Source: an uncultured Candidatus Saccharibacteria bacterium
GTDB lineage: Bacteria > Patescibacteriota > UBA1384 > DTJR01
DNA length: 61,892 bases
Direction of reading: 5' to 3'
Assembly (NCBI GenBank): GCA_964580065.1
Contig: CAZOJE010000004.1
Location: forward strand, 1-61,892
Shown here: one piece after another, positions 1-8,367 of the stretch
Position numbering within the stretch: position 1 is the first letter of the stretch
Layout: each line of letters begins with the position of its first letter
Notes under the pieces: generated by a model
The model's input: the letters and a program-made list of their open reading frames with translations, nothing else
Database searches by the model: none
Told to the model about the DNA's origin: nothing
Position numbers and translations under genes: made by a program

Positions 1-118
1 TTGCTGAATTCTAGAACGTGCTGCTATATACAGCTATTATTTTAAAAAATTTTCTTTGGCTCATCTTCACCAAACCTACGGAGGGGCAGGAAAAATTATT
101 TAGGCGACAATTTTTCGC

Positions 119-155
119 AAAAAAAAACGGGGACTTACCAAAAGGTCAGTCCCCG
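119..155 (-). terminator. Rho-independent terminator 3' of the 60-aa membrane-peptide gene
   Basis: On the - strand, the stem cggggact/agtccccg (128-135 with 148-155) is followed by a 9-U run (A119-A127 on +). It lies directly downstream of ORF 204..386. Confidence 0.7.
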
Positions 156-203
156 ATCAGAACACCAGATTAACCCTTTCGGGTGGCTCCGGCAGGTTCC
201 TAG

Positions 204-386
204 CTACAAGAAACTTAGGACTAACCCGATGATCAGGAGGGCGCCCCCTGTAATCATGAAGGTATTTCTGAATCCCTCGGATTCCTCGGGAACCATCCTG
301 GCCTGCCTCCGAGCTAGCTCAATTGCCCCTCCACCGCCAAGACCCACCAGCCCCAGGACCACCAGAAAAACGCCCATGATGTGCAT
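204..386 (-). CDS. Small two-TM membrane peptide (60 aa), no family recognised
   Basis: There are two hydrophobic segments (VFLVVLGLVGLGG and ITGGALLIIGLVLSF). AGGAGG lies about 6 nt upstream of the ATG, which is 12 nt after the stop of the upstream gene. The gene is GC-rich like its neighbour. Confidence 0.55.
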   Translation of the reverse strand: MHIMGVFLVVLGLVGLGGGGAIELARRQARMVPEESEGFRNTFMITGGALLIIGLVLSFL

Positions 387-398
387 AGCTACCTCCTT

Positions 399-1127
399 TC
401 ATGCGTGCGACATACGCTCGAGGAGTTGCTGCTGGGCAAACTTGAAGTCGCCCGGGGTATCAACGTCGAAGGCGAGATTGGGGTTGCGAGACGACACAAG
501 CGCCGCTTTGCAACCCAGCAGCTCGCCTATTCGCCGCTCAATATCCCCCAGTTTCAGCCCTCTGGCCAGTGCCTTAAGTGCGTTAGTCCACCCGAGAGCG
601 ATAACATCGGCCAACAGCTTGTGCCGATTCATGCACTCAACGACGTCCATGTTGGCCCGGATTGTTCCGGGCATGTACATCAGATGGCTTTGAGCCAGCT
701 GATTCTTGGTACCCGGCATATACCGAGTAACCGCCCCGCTCTGGCGTTCCTGCCAAATCGCACTACGTTCGATGACAGGCCAGATGAAATCTGCCGGACT
801 GTCTGCAACTTCTCCGAGGAGCCCCCGGATGTCATCAGCCGTAATCAGAACCGCATCGGCATTGACAATCAGCAGCGGTTCTCCTTCGGCTTTGCGCTGG
901 GCCAGGGACAGCAAGTCAGACAGATACTTGCCACAGCTTGCGATCTGCTCAACCCCTGGCATTGCCGGCGCTCCATCTGGGACAACCATCATGATAGGCG
1001 ACGCCGTCAGGCACGAGAGTTCATTGACCATTCGTCGCCAGATTGGGACGCCAACCAACTCAACCAGCGCCTTCGGGCCCATCCTCAAACGACTGCCGCG
1101 ACCACCAGCAAGTATTCCGATTTTCAT
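399..1127 (-). CDS. MobA-like / GT-A nucleotidyltransferase (NTP-transferase) domain protein, substrate unknown
   Basis: The supplied ORF is 399..1178. The internal ATG at 1127 gives the N-terminus MKIGILAGGRGSRL, the glycine-rich NTP-binding loop of this fold. The C-terminal DVDTPGDF resembles the DxDTPxD end of MobA/CofC-type enzymes. Composition is GC-rich. Confidence 0.7.
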   Translation of the reverse strand: MKIGILAGGRGSRLRMGPKALVELVGVPIWRRMVNELSCLTASPIMMVVPDGAPAMPGVEQIASCGKYLSDLLSLAQRKAEGEPLLIVNADAVLITADDIRGLLGEVADSPADFIWPVIERSAIWQERQSGAVTRYMPGTKNQLAQSHLMYMPGTIRANMDVVECMNRHKLLADVIALGWTNALKALARGLKLGDIERRIGELLGCKAALVSSRNPNLAFDVDTPGDFKFAQQQLLERMSHA

Positions 1128-1317
1128 ACACAGTCGCCTCCTTGAGGGAAAACTAACATTTTCCAAGTAGAAAATCAATCTCGCGGCTAATTCAAACTAT
1201 TTTATAAAAATTTTCTTTTACTACCCTCACTGAAGCTACGAAGGGTAGATAAAATGATTGATTCGAGCCGATATTTTTAAAAACAAATTCCTTAGCAGTT
1301 TTTCTATTTCAGTAAAC

Positions 1318-1820
1318 TTTCGCGGGACACCGCACGCCATTATATTCTGCGAGGCAAACCTCGCATAGCCCTTTTGGGCGACGTGGGGTAGTCGTAGATC
1401 ATGAGCACACTCCGTCTGTAAAGCAAATAGGAAAATAAAGTGGTCGAATGGCCAAAGACCATGAGCACTCTGTTTGTAAGGCAAATAGGAAAATTAAATG
1501 AGCCGAATGACCGAAGACCATGAGCGCCCCATTTGCGGAGCAAATAGGAAGTCGAATGGTACACCCGGCAGGAATCGGTCACAAGTCGGCGCGATAGTTT
1601 TTCAAGGAGTGCGCCGCAGTTTCGAGTTCCACCCTCGAAACCCCCGCCTCCCTCATCGCCTAATCGGCGATTCAGTCCGGCCTTCGATTCCACCGAGTCC
1701 CAAAGTCTAGAAATAATCTGGCTTGCCATGAGCGAACAAAGTGAGTCGAATGGCCGAAGACCTGCCCACTTCGCTAAAGCTACGCGGGACACCCCGCATA
1801 GCCCTTCGGGCGACGTGGGG
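1318..1820. repeat. Degenerate repeat field 3' of tRNA-Arg, including an exact 21-bp copy of the tRNA 3' end
   Basis: tggtacacccggcaggaatcg occurs at 1557-1577 and at 1821-1841 (inside the tRNA). Contiguous units of about 59 bp beginning catgagc start near 1401, 1461 and 1520, with a partial unit at 1728. The motif cgcgggacacc..gcatagccctt..gggcgacgtgggg occurs at 1321-1390 and 1783-1820. Confidence 0.7.
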
Positions 1821-1895
1821 TGGTACACCCGGCAGGAATCGAACCTGCATCATGGGCTCCGCAAGCCCACATTCTATCCGTTGAACTACGGGTGC
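1821..1895 (-). tRNA. tRNA-Arg (anticodon GCG), CCA encoded
   Basis: The reverse complement folds as a cloverleaf. The acceptor is GCACCCG/CGGGTGT, the anticodon stem is TGGGC/GCCCA with loop TTGCGGA, and the T arm is GCAGG-TTCGATT-CCTGC. It ends in a 3' ACCA. Confidence 0.85.
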
Positions 1896-2452
1896 ATGTT
1901 TGTTTGTCACATGGTTATCTTACCCTAGAACGGCCGAACATTCAACCGTGCGCCAACCATATTCTTCACCAATTTTTCTCTCACCCGTAATCTCATTAAC
2001 AGATTTTTTTAATCATTATAGTTTAATTATTCAAAATATCGGTAGCAGCTATTTGATTGACTTTAGACTTTTTTATAAACACTAAAACCAACCCACCTCC
2101 TTTTTTTGTTTCCAATAAAATTTGCCTAAATTTGGGCGTGTATAAAAAAACAAATGAGACGACATTCAATTCTGTATAAGCCCCAAAAAGATAACTCTGG
2201 AACGGTTATCTCTTTAAAACTATCGCCCTATTTGCCAAAGAAAAAAATTATTTACAAGACAACTTTTATCCTTAGCAATGAATGTACTAAACTGGGCATG
2301 GAGACTTTCATCACGGAATTTTAAGAGCTCATTACTATTATAGCAAATTTTAATTTTTATTTTGCCAGCCGCAAGTTCAAGTTCTAAGTGCAACAAAAAG
2401 CATCCGGCCAGCAGTTGAGATTTCCCGATTCCTTTGCTATATTCTATCTGTT

Positions 2453-2542
2453 GGAGAGGTGTCTGAGTGGTCGAAAGAAGCACACTGCTAATGTGTTGAG
2501 CTCGCAAGGGCTCCGTGGGTTCGAATCCCACCCTCTCCGCCA
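2453..2542 (+). tRNA. tRNA-Ser (anticodon GCT), class II with long variable arm, CCA encoded
   Basis: The acceptor is GGAGAGG/CCTCTCC, the anticodon stem is GCACA/TGTGT with loop CTGCTAA, the variable arm is GAGCTCGCAAGGGCTC, and the T arm is GTGGG-TTCGAAT-CCCAC. Confidence 0.9.
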
Positions 2543-2547
2543 CGAGA

Positions 2548-2571
2548 AGTCGGCTGTAAGCCGGCTTTTTT
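2548..2571 (+). terminator. Intrinsic terminator after tRNA-Ser(GCT); an identical second copy lies at 2741-2764
   Basis: The stem agtcggct/agccggct has a 3-nt loop and is followed by TTTTTT. Confidence 0.6.
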
Positions 2572-2684
2572 CGTGGCGGAAAGCCGCCCAGGATTCGAAG
2601 GCCGGACCGAGCGAAGGCGAGGGAGGCGGGGTCGCGCAAAAAATCAGCAGATTTTTATGCGTGACCGAATCCCACCCTCTCCGC

Positions 2685-2725
2685 CATGTACCAGGCCAAA
2701 ATCTTCGATTTTGTCGCGGTACATG
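2685..2725. repeat. 41-bp imperfect palindrome (hairpin with internal bubble) between the two 144-bp units
   Basis: The sequence is catgtacc-aggcc-aaaatc-ttc-gatttt-gtcgc-ggtacatg. A second copy at 61842-61882 has the inverted internal orientation. Confidence 0.75.
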
Positions 2726-2917
2726 GCGACGCCAACGAGAAGTCGGCTGTAAGCCGGCTTTTTTCGTGGCGGAAAGCCGCCCAGGATTCGAAGGCCGGAC
2801 CGAGCGAAGGCGAGGGAGGCGGGGTCGCGCAAAAAATCAGCAGATTTTTATGCGTGACCGAATCCCACCCTCTCCGCCAGAGCAGGTTTGCCGACCTTTA
2901 TGGTCGGCAAATGTGCT

Positions 2918-2950
2918 TTGGCGGAAAAATGGAGAACGTGGGATTCGAAC
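2918..2950 (-). other. Inverted, degenerate tRNA 3'-end-like fragment (not a functional tRNA)
   Basis: The reverse complement reads gttcgaatcccacgttctccatttttccgcca. It has a T-loop and CCA end but no matching 5' acceptor strand or intact T stem. Confidence 0.35.
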
Positions 2951-3097
2951 ACGAAAGGGGTCGGGAAAACGATCGTTTCCCTGTTACAGAAAAAAATTTG
3001 AAGCCCTTCGGTTTTTAAAAGGCCGCAAAGACATCTTATCGCCCGCAAAAAAGATTTTTATAAAGATCGATTTTATCTTGATTTGTAAGTTCTTCCA

Positions 3098-4129
3098 TCA
3101 ATCTTTGAGTTTGTAGTAGGTTGCCTTGCCGCGGCCTAACCGTTTGATTAGTCTTAATCCAATCAATCTATTGAAATCTTTATTTCGCGTTGCCTTAGCC
3201 CGATCGGTTAACTTAGCATAATCACGGTCAGCAATAAAGCCGTTTTTATTGATAAAATCAATGATTTTTTGATCGTGTGGTTTGATGGCAGTTAAGGGCG
3301 AAGCGGATTCTTTGTCTAACAGTTTATTAACCCGCAGGAGTTCGTCAATAATTCCGTCGGTGAAATATTCGAGCCAGACCGTAAAATCAATTTTGTCAAC
3401 CAGCTCGTAATAATTTCCTCGAATACCGACATTCTCAAAATATTTTGACACATTCTGATTGTAATAATTTTCGAAACTAAATAGATTAAATGTGTTAAGC
3501 CCCATATCGGCTAATAAAACTTTCGTTGCCAGTCGCGCCGTGCGGCCGTTGCCGTCGATAAAAGGATGAATAATCACGAATTGCTTGTGAAAAATACCAG
3601 CCAAAATTAACGGATCGAGATGACTTCTATTTTTCTCGATAAACCCAATCAAGCCGTTCATTAGTTTGCTAACTTCTTGCTGATCTGGTGGCAAATAGAC
3701 GGTTTTGCGTGTTCTTGGGTCGTTAACGAAAACCGGGTCTTGGCGAAGCTTGCCAGAATTTTGTGGGTTGACTAAACCGTCCGTAACAATTTTCTGAATT
3801 TTTAAAATCAGATCAAGATCAAACCTGACCGATTTATCACGGATTTTTGTATCAAGTAATTGCAGGGCTTGGTTGTAATTGATAACTTCCTTTTCGCTAT
3901 TGCGAAGATTCTCTGGCCGGTTTTTGATAATTCTTTTAACATCGGTTAGCGGAAGCGGATTGCCTTCGATGCTGGTCGAGGAGTGCGAGGAAATTTCCCG
4001 AGCAACCTTTTCAAACTCAACCAAAGTTAGGCGGGGAAAATGGCGATTGTTCAAATCAGCAATAATTATCCCTATTTTTTTAATATTCTCCAGGAGCTTT
4101 GGCGTTACTGTAAAATTTGGTTCAAACAT
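3098..4129 (-). CDS. Fic/DOC family protein (probable AMPylase), class II with intramolecular inhibitory motif and C-terminal wHTH-like tail
   Basis: The Fic core motif HPFIDGNGRTAR is present. An N-terminal STSIEG matches the [S/T]xxxE[G/N] inhibitory helix motif. The ORF is 343 aa and AT-rich like the host genome. Confidence 0.85.
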   Translation of the reverse strand: MFEPNFTVTPKLLENIKKIGIIIADLNNRHFPRLTLVEFEKVAREISSHSSTSIEGNPLPLTDVKRIIKNRPENLRNSEKEVINYNQALQLLDTKIRDKSVRFDLDLILKIQKIVTDGLVNPQNSGKLRQDPVFVNDPRTRKTVYLPPDQQEVSKLMNGLIGFIEKNRSHLDPLILAGIFHKQFVIIHPFIDGNGRTARLATKVLLADMGLNTFNLFSFENYYNQNVSKYFENVGIRGNYYELVDKIDFTVWLEYFTDGIIDELLRVNKLLDKESASPLTAIKPHDQKIIDFINKNGFIADRDYAKLTDRAKATRNKDFNRLIGLRLIKRLGRGKATYYKLKD

Positions 4130-4280
4130 TTTCCTCCATTGTTATATACTAATGATAGACGATTAGTAGACGAATATCAAGGATGAGAGAATGCCGAAAT
4201 AGCTGCAAAAAGTTCTCAATATGGTAGTATTTAAGTAATGAAAATTTCAGCAAGATGTTTTTTATTTTAATCAAACACTG

Positions 4281-7200
4281 ATGGGGGAAGAAAAGGACTT
4301 AGGCCTAAAAGTCAAAGAAACTAAACCGGGCAAAAACCAGCCGGATACTTCGAGCGTAGATTCGGACGTAGCAGAAAGGGATACTGCGGAGATTGAAATT
4401 CTGGAAACTCCAGATACTGGAGAAGATGGTTTTCGGCAATATTGTCGATCACACTTTGAGCAAATCTTTGACACGAGTGCCGAAGACCATCAGACCGAGA
4501 GAAGTTCTTTGCAACGCAATGAAATATGGGAGCTAGAAAAACAGGCCAAACAAGATTTTCAAATCAGAAATCCCCAAATTGCCCAAATTTTTCTCGAGGA
4601 ACTAATAAATTTTTCACTGGAAAAAATTCGCCAAGGATTGGCTGACAAGCTTGAACCTTTTGTAGAAAATATTTACAATTCCTATTTTTACATTTCGCCC
4701 AACATCTCAAATGATGCCTATTTTGAAGAAAAGCTTCGTTTAGCCGCTAAAATGATAAGTATTCCAGAACTAGAATTTCTTATTGGAAGAGATTCTGTCG
4801 GAGAAATCATGGTTGATATATCGTTTGGAACCGATAAAACAATCGAAATTATTATCCAGCGGATACTTACTTCACCGATTGATGAAGCAATTGCCATGAT
4901 CCAAATGATTAGAAATGCGGCAGTTCAGGGGCGTAATATGGGCGACTTCACTTTTGAAGGCATCGAGCGTCTTGAAAAAATTGTGGCTGTCGTTCAAGAA
5001 GGTTATTCTTCTCGTCTTGTCAAATACAGCTGTGACATTTGCCTCGAACAAATTGAAAAATTGTGGAATGAGGATTTTTCTCAAAGTACTCGCGAAAGAG
5101 AATCGATTGAGCAGAGACGATTGAGCGACGAAATCCTCTCCAAAGTCGAGCTCGACCCCTCTTTGCAACGGCCCATTATTATTAAGGTTGCTGAAGATTT
5201 TGTTGCTGCCCTAGACCGCAACATGCTACCGATAAACTATGGCAAAATTGATTTTAAATTACTTGAAGAATCTGATCCTGCCATCAGCGCTCAAACTATC
5301 TACGAACTCGAAGAAATGCTTGAAATAGCTCAAAGAGGATATAAGACCAACCTTCATTCTCTCTTGGATTTAATTCAAACAAGAGTTGTCTCTGGAATTC
5401 TAGGCCATCAGGCAAGCCGTGAGGAAACAGCCAAATTTCTTTCGCAAAATTTCGATTTTTTCCCAGAAGCAAAATTTTTAGAATTGCTGGAGGCAGATCA
5501 AAAAATTCGTTCTTTTTGGGACACGGTCTCCGAGAGATATCTTCTCGCCTACTTGGAGGCAGAAGATAAAAATAAGGCAATTTCGGAAAAAGCGATCGAG
5601 TACTATTCCAAATGGCTTGCCGAATTCGCCACCAAAAAAAACAATGGGCTTTCCCCTGTAAAAAGCGATAAATTTTTTAAGTATCAAAAAGAGGGAAATC
5701 AGGAAGGGGCTTTTTCTATTGCGCAAAACAACGCTGATTTTTTAGCGTTCCTTCAAGAAAATGAATTGCTTCTAGACGCCAACAATAACGACGTTTCAAA
5801 TTTAATCAGTTATTTTGGCGAAGTTGAACGGCAGCATGATAGAAACAAAAAAGAGGCCAACGATTCTGCCGAAGAATATATTAAAACATTAAAAGCATCT
5901 CACGCGAAATATGCTGATTTGCTGATACTGTACGACGAAATAATTCAGATAAAATTGCCGGAGATTCTCTCCAAATTGCTCGAAAAATGTCTTCAGAGCC
6001 AAAAAGAAGCCGCTCAAACCGTTAAACTTAATCGAATTGAGGCCGTTGACTTAGACAAAGGAATAAACCCTTTTGGCAAAAATCAGGAAGAATATGATTT
6101 TCTAAAAGTTCTCTGGACACCCGGAATGATCAGAAAAATCAACCTTGAACTAAACGGGGTCGACCAAACATGGCCCGGCCAGGATCCTGAAGGTTCGTAC
6201 GTTGACATCAGAGACCTGAACGTTGCCTCTCAAGTTCAGCTACTGCGCTTCTTGATGTCTTCTCCTGATGAAACTTTTGATCAGCTCCAAGATGTCCTGC
6301 GGAAAAACCAAGACTTTGCTCAACAAATTCTGCAAAGCTTTCTCTCCTGTAGCGAAGATATGGGGCAAGGGCAAAAAATTATTGAAATCGTTCAAACCAT
6401 CGGCCCTGACTCGCGAATAATCTTTGAAAAATACAGCGAAGTTGTCGAAAGAATAGCCAAAATTGAACAGTTTCTCCAAGATAACTTTTCACCAGAGTCT
6501 GCCATCGACAGTCAATCCGTTGTTCGAGAATTGCTGACCGAGGCAAGAAACAGCATTCTTTCTTTCGACGTTTATAATAATCGCGAGATTTTCTTTAAAA
6601 AAATCGAAGATCTTAACGTAAGTCTGCTCACCCTCAAAGCCACCTTTTTATACTGTAAAAAGTCGGGGATTCTACCAAAACGTGAAGAAATTCTCCTCCA
6701 AGAAACAGTCGTTTCGTCTGGTCAGGAAATACCTGAAGAAGAAAAAGACAAAATGCGCGAAATCGCCAAGAAAAATTGGCAAGAAATATCTGAATCAATC
6801 TATCGAGTAGTAGCTGAATATCTCGAGAAAGGATTGGCCGATCCAAACAATCGCTTTTATCGAACAAAATATGATGGCAGAATAATCGCCTTTCAGCAGT
6901 TCACTCCCCAGCCCGACGGCTCCCTGTACGCCTCTTCTAACAACATTAACCCTGACATTCGCGGAGCCGGTCTCAACACCGCTATAAATGCTGAAATTTT
7001 AGCCAAAGAAGCCGAAAGTGCCCCTGTTAGGGCAGACGTTTGGGCCGCCAACCGTGTTTTTCAGCATTATTTAGCCGGAGATGGTTTTGTGGCCTGCCAG
7101 TACCATGAAGATTTTCACGGCACTGGCGAATCGTTTTTCGGAATGCTCTTAGACAAGAAAAACAGGGTAATTAAGGTTGATAAGAGCGAAACCGTTAAAA

Positions 7201-7364
7201 TGGCCTTTGATCCGTCCGATCACGGTACTTTGGAACAAATTGGGCGAATGTTTGAACAGGGTTATGTTATGACCGCCGTCTCCTTCGATAAAAAAACGGC
7301 TACTTTAGCCAGGGCCGAAAAAGTCAGCTCTTGGTTCCTGTCTCTTCCGCCGAATTCCAAATAA
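4281..7364 (+). CDS. Large (1027 aa) acidic, mostly helical hypothetical protein with a possible C-terminal GNAT-like acyltransferase fold
   Basis: The ORF is long, uninterrupted and has host-like AT-rich composition. The C-terminal 200 aa (IAFQQF...NPDIRGAGLNTAINAEIL...FVACQY) loosely resembles GNAT motif A. Nothing else was recognised. Confidence 0.7.
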   Translation: MGEEKDLGLKVKETKPGKNQPDTSSVDSDVAERDTAEIEILETPDTGEDGFRQYCRSHFEQIFDTSAEDHQTERSSLQRNEIWELEKQAKQDFQIRNPQIAQIFLEELINFSLEKIRQGLADKLEPFVENIYNSYFYISPNISNDAYFEEKLRLAAKMISIPELEFLIGRDSVGEIMVDISFGTDKTIEIIIQRILTSPIDEAIAMIQMIRNAAVQGRNMGDFTFEGIERLEKIVAVVQEGYSSRLVKYSCDICLEQIEKLWNEDFSQSTRERESIEQRRLSDEILSKVELDPSLQRPIIIKVAEDFVAALDRNMLPINYGKIDFKLLEESDPAISAQTIYELEEMLEIAQRGYKTNLHSLLDLIQTRVVSGILGHQASREETAKFLSQNFDFFPEAKFLELLEADQKIRSFWDTVSERYLLAYLEAEDKNKAISEKAIEYYSKWLAEFATKKNNGLSPVKSDKFFKYQKEGNQEGAFSIAQNNADFLAFLQENELLLDANNNDVSNLISYFGEVERQHDRNKKEANDSAEEYIKTLKASHAKYADLLILYDEIIQIKLPEILSKLLEKCLQSQKEAAQTVKLNRIEAVDLDKGINPFGKNQEEYDFLKVLWTPGMIRKINLELNGVDQTWPGQDPEGSYVDIRDLNVASQVQLLRFLMSSPDETFDQLQDVLRKNQDFAQQILQSFLSCSEDMGQGQKIIEIVQTIGPDSRIIFEKYSEVVERIAKIEQFLQDNFSPESAIDSQSVVRELLTEARNSILSFDVYNNREIFFKKIEDLNVSLLTLKATFLYCKKSGILPKREEILLQETVVSSGQEIPEEEKDKMREIAKKNWQEISESIYRVVAEYLEKGLADPNNRFYRTKYDGRIIAFQQFTPQPDGSLYASSNNINPDIRGAGLNTAINAEILAKEAESAPVRADVWAANRVFQHYLAGDGFVACQYHEDFHGTGESFFGMLLDKKNRVIKVDKSETVKMAFDPSDHGTLEQIGRMFEQGYVMTAVSFDKKTATLARAEKVSSWFLSLPPNSK

Positions 7365-8169
7365 ATTCAAAAATTGATCTTTGGATCTCACAAATTGTGG
7401 CATCTTCAATAATTATACCCATCGCAATCCCGGGTTTTAAGGTGTGAAGAGCGTATTTATTGTCATAAATCTGAATGCTAGTGGCAAAATCCGAAGGTTT
7501 CAGCTTGGCTATCCTAATCTCGGTTAGCCCTTCGAGACTCCCACCTTGATACCTTTGGCAATATTTACGGGTAAAGGGGCTATCGGGAAAAATCACCCTC
7601 TTTTTGATATTCAACATTTTTCTTTGTTTCAGGTAACGTTCATTTTCGGCATGGAGAAATTTTTCCAAGGTTAAGGGGTCGATTATCTGGATTATTTCCG
7701 TTTTTGCCGTTAAGGTGTCGTTCATCATTCGGCGCGCCCCTTCTTCTCCTTCAAAAACCTTAACACCGGGTTTGTGATAGGAGAGATTATAGGTTGATAA
7801 GATAGCCGACATCGCGCCTGAAAGCTCCTTTTTAACCTGTGTAAGCTCCTTGGTACGGTTTTCAACATATTCATCGAGCTTTCCAGGGTGCTCCAGCTTA
7901 AACCGTTTCCAGCCATTTGTGGCGGTTTCTTCCACTAATCCTTTTTTGATTAAGGAGTAGATCTGGTTATAGCCATCACCACGCTTAAGGTTTGCTAACC
8001 TGATTATCTCACCCGCCCCTAGTTCGCCTTTTTCAAGCAAAATCATAAAAATCACGGCCTCTTTTTCACTCAATCCTGCTCGACTTAGAAGCTCGCTGTA
8101 ATGAACTTTGCTAACGCTGGCGGCGGTAGGTCCGTGTGTTTTTGACAATTTTGTTTGCGTTTTTTTCAT
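7324..8169 (-). CDS. TrmB-like winged-helix transcriptional regulator
   Basis: The N-terminal wHTH (LSEKEAVIFMILLEKGELGAGEIIRLANLKRGDGYNQIYSLIKKGLV) is followed by a C-terminal domain of about 170 aa, the typical TrmB-family architecture. It converges on the 1027-aa gene with a 41-bp overlap. Confidence 0.7.
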   Translation of the reverse strand: MKKTQTKLSKTHGPTAASVSKVHYSELLSRAGLSEKEAVIFMILLEKGELGAGEIIRLANLKRGDGYNQIYSLIKKGLVEETATNGWKRFKLEHPGKLDEYVENRTKELTQVKKELSGAMSAILSTYNLSYHKPGVKVFEGEEGARRMMNDTLTAKTEIIQIIDPLTLEKFLHAENERYLKQRKMLNIKKRVIFPDSPFTRKYCQRYQGGSLEGLTEIRIAKLKPSDFATSIQIYDNKYALHTLKPGIAMGIIIEDATICEIQRSIFEFIWNSAEETGTKS

Positions 8170-8176
8170 TGTGAAT

Positions 8177-8218
8177 ATTGTAATATTTTTTGCTTATTTT
8201 GTCAATATTTTTTGACAA
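8177..8218 (-). promoter_or_regulatory. Sigma70-type promoter of the TrmB-like gene (leaderless) with an overlapping palindromic operator candidate
   Basis: On the - strand the promoter reads TTGACA (8200-8205), a 17-nt spacer, then TACAAT (8177-8182), with the ATG 7 nt downstream and no SD. A perfect inverted repeat, ttgtcaa-N6-ttgacaa (8199-8218), covers the -35 element. Confidence 0.6.
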
Positions 8219-8332
8219 CTTTTTGCGAAAATTTATAAATATATGGTTAAAATAGTTTATTCGTCTCCGTAAAAATCAAAGAGGTGAAAAATATAATATG
8301 AGCGTGTGGTTTGCATAGTTTGACAAAAACCC

Positions 8333-8361
8333 TTGACAAATTTACCGGCATTTGTTATAGT
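8333..8361 (+). promoter_or_regulatory. Near-consensus sigma70 promoter with no ORF downstream
   Basis: It reads TTGACA (8333-8338), a 17-nt spacer, then TATAGT (8356-8361). The supplied track shows no + strand ORF of 60 aa or more for about 580 nt downstream, and no ATG lies near the predicted start. Confidence 0.6.
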
Positions 8362-8367
8362 ACGACG

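Larger units (their letters stand above)
2543..2879 (+). repeat. Direct duplication of a 144-bp unit (2543-2686 and 2736-2879, period 193 bp), each unit ending in a copy of the tRNA-Ser 3' end
   Basis: The two units look identical by eye. cgaatcccaccctctccgcca occurs at 2522-2542 (within the tRNA), 2666-2686 and 2859-2879. Each unit also contains a minus-sense tRNA-3'-end-like string, tggcggaaagccgcccaggattcgaa. Confidence 0.8.

Noticed and set aside
1401-1577. Possible CRISPR-like array, based on the regularly spaced units of about 59 bp.
   Set aside because: The units are contiguous and degenerate, with no unique spacers between conserved repeats, and there are no cas genes in the window. 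It is a degenerate tandem repeat.
2388-3116. The 242-aa + strand ORF, together with the overlapping ORFs 2220..2639, 2644..2832, 2686..3018, 1340..1828 and 1707..1910.
   Set aside because: They run through tRNA genes, the 144-bp duplication and terminator hairpins. Their length is a by-product of GC-rich repeats, and they have no SD or recognisable protein features.
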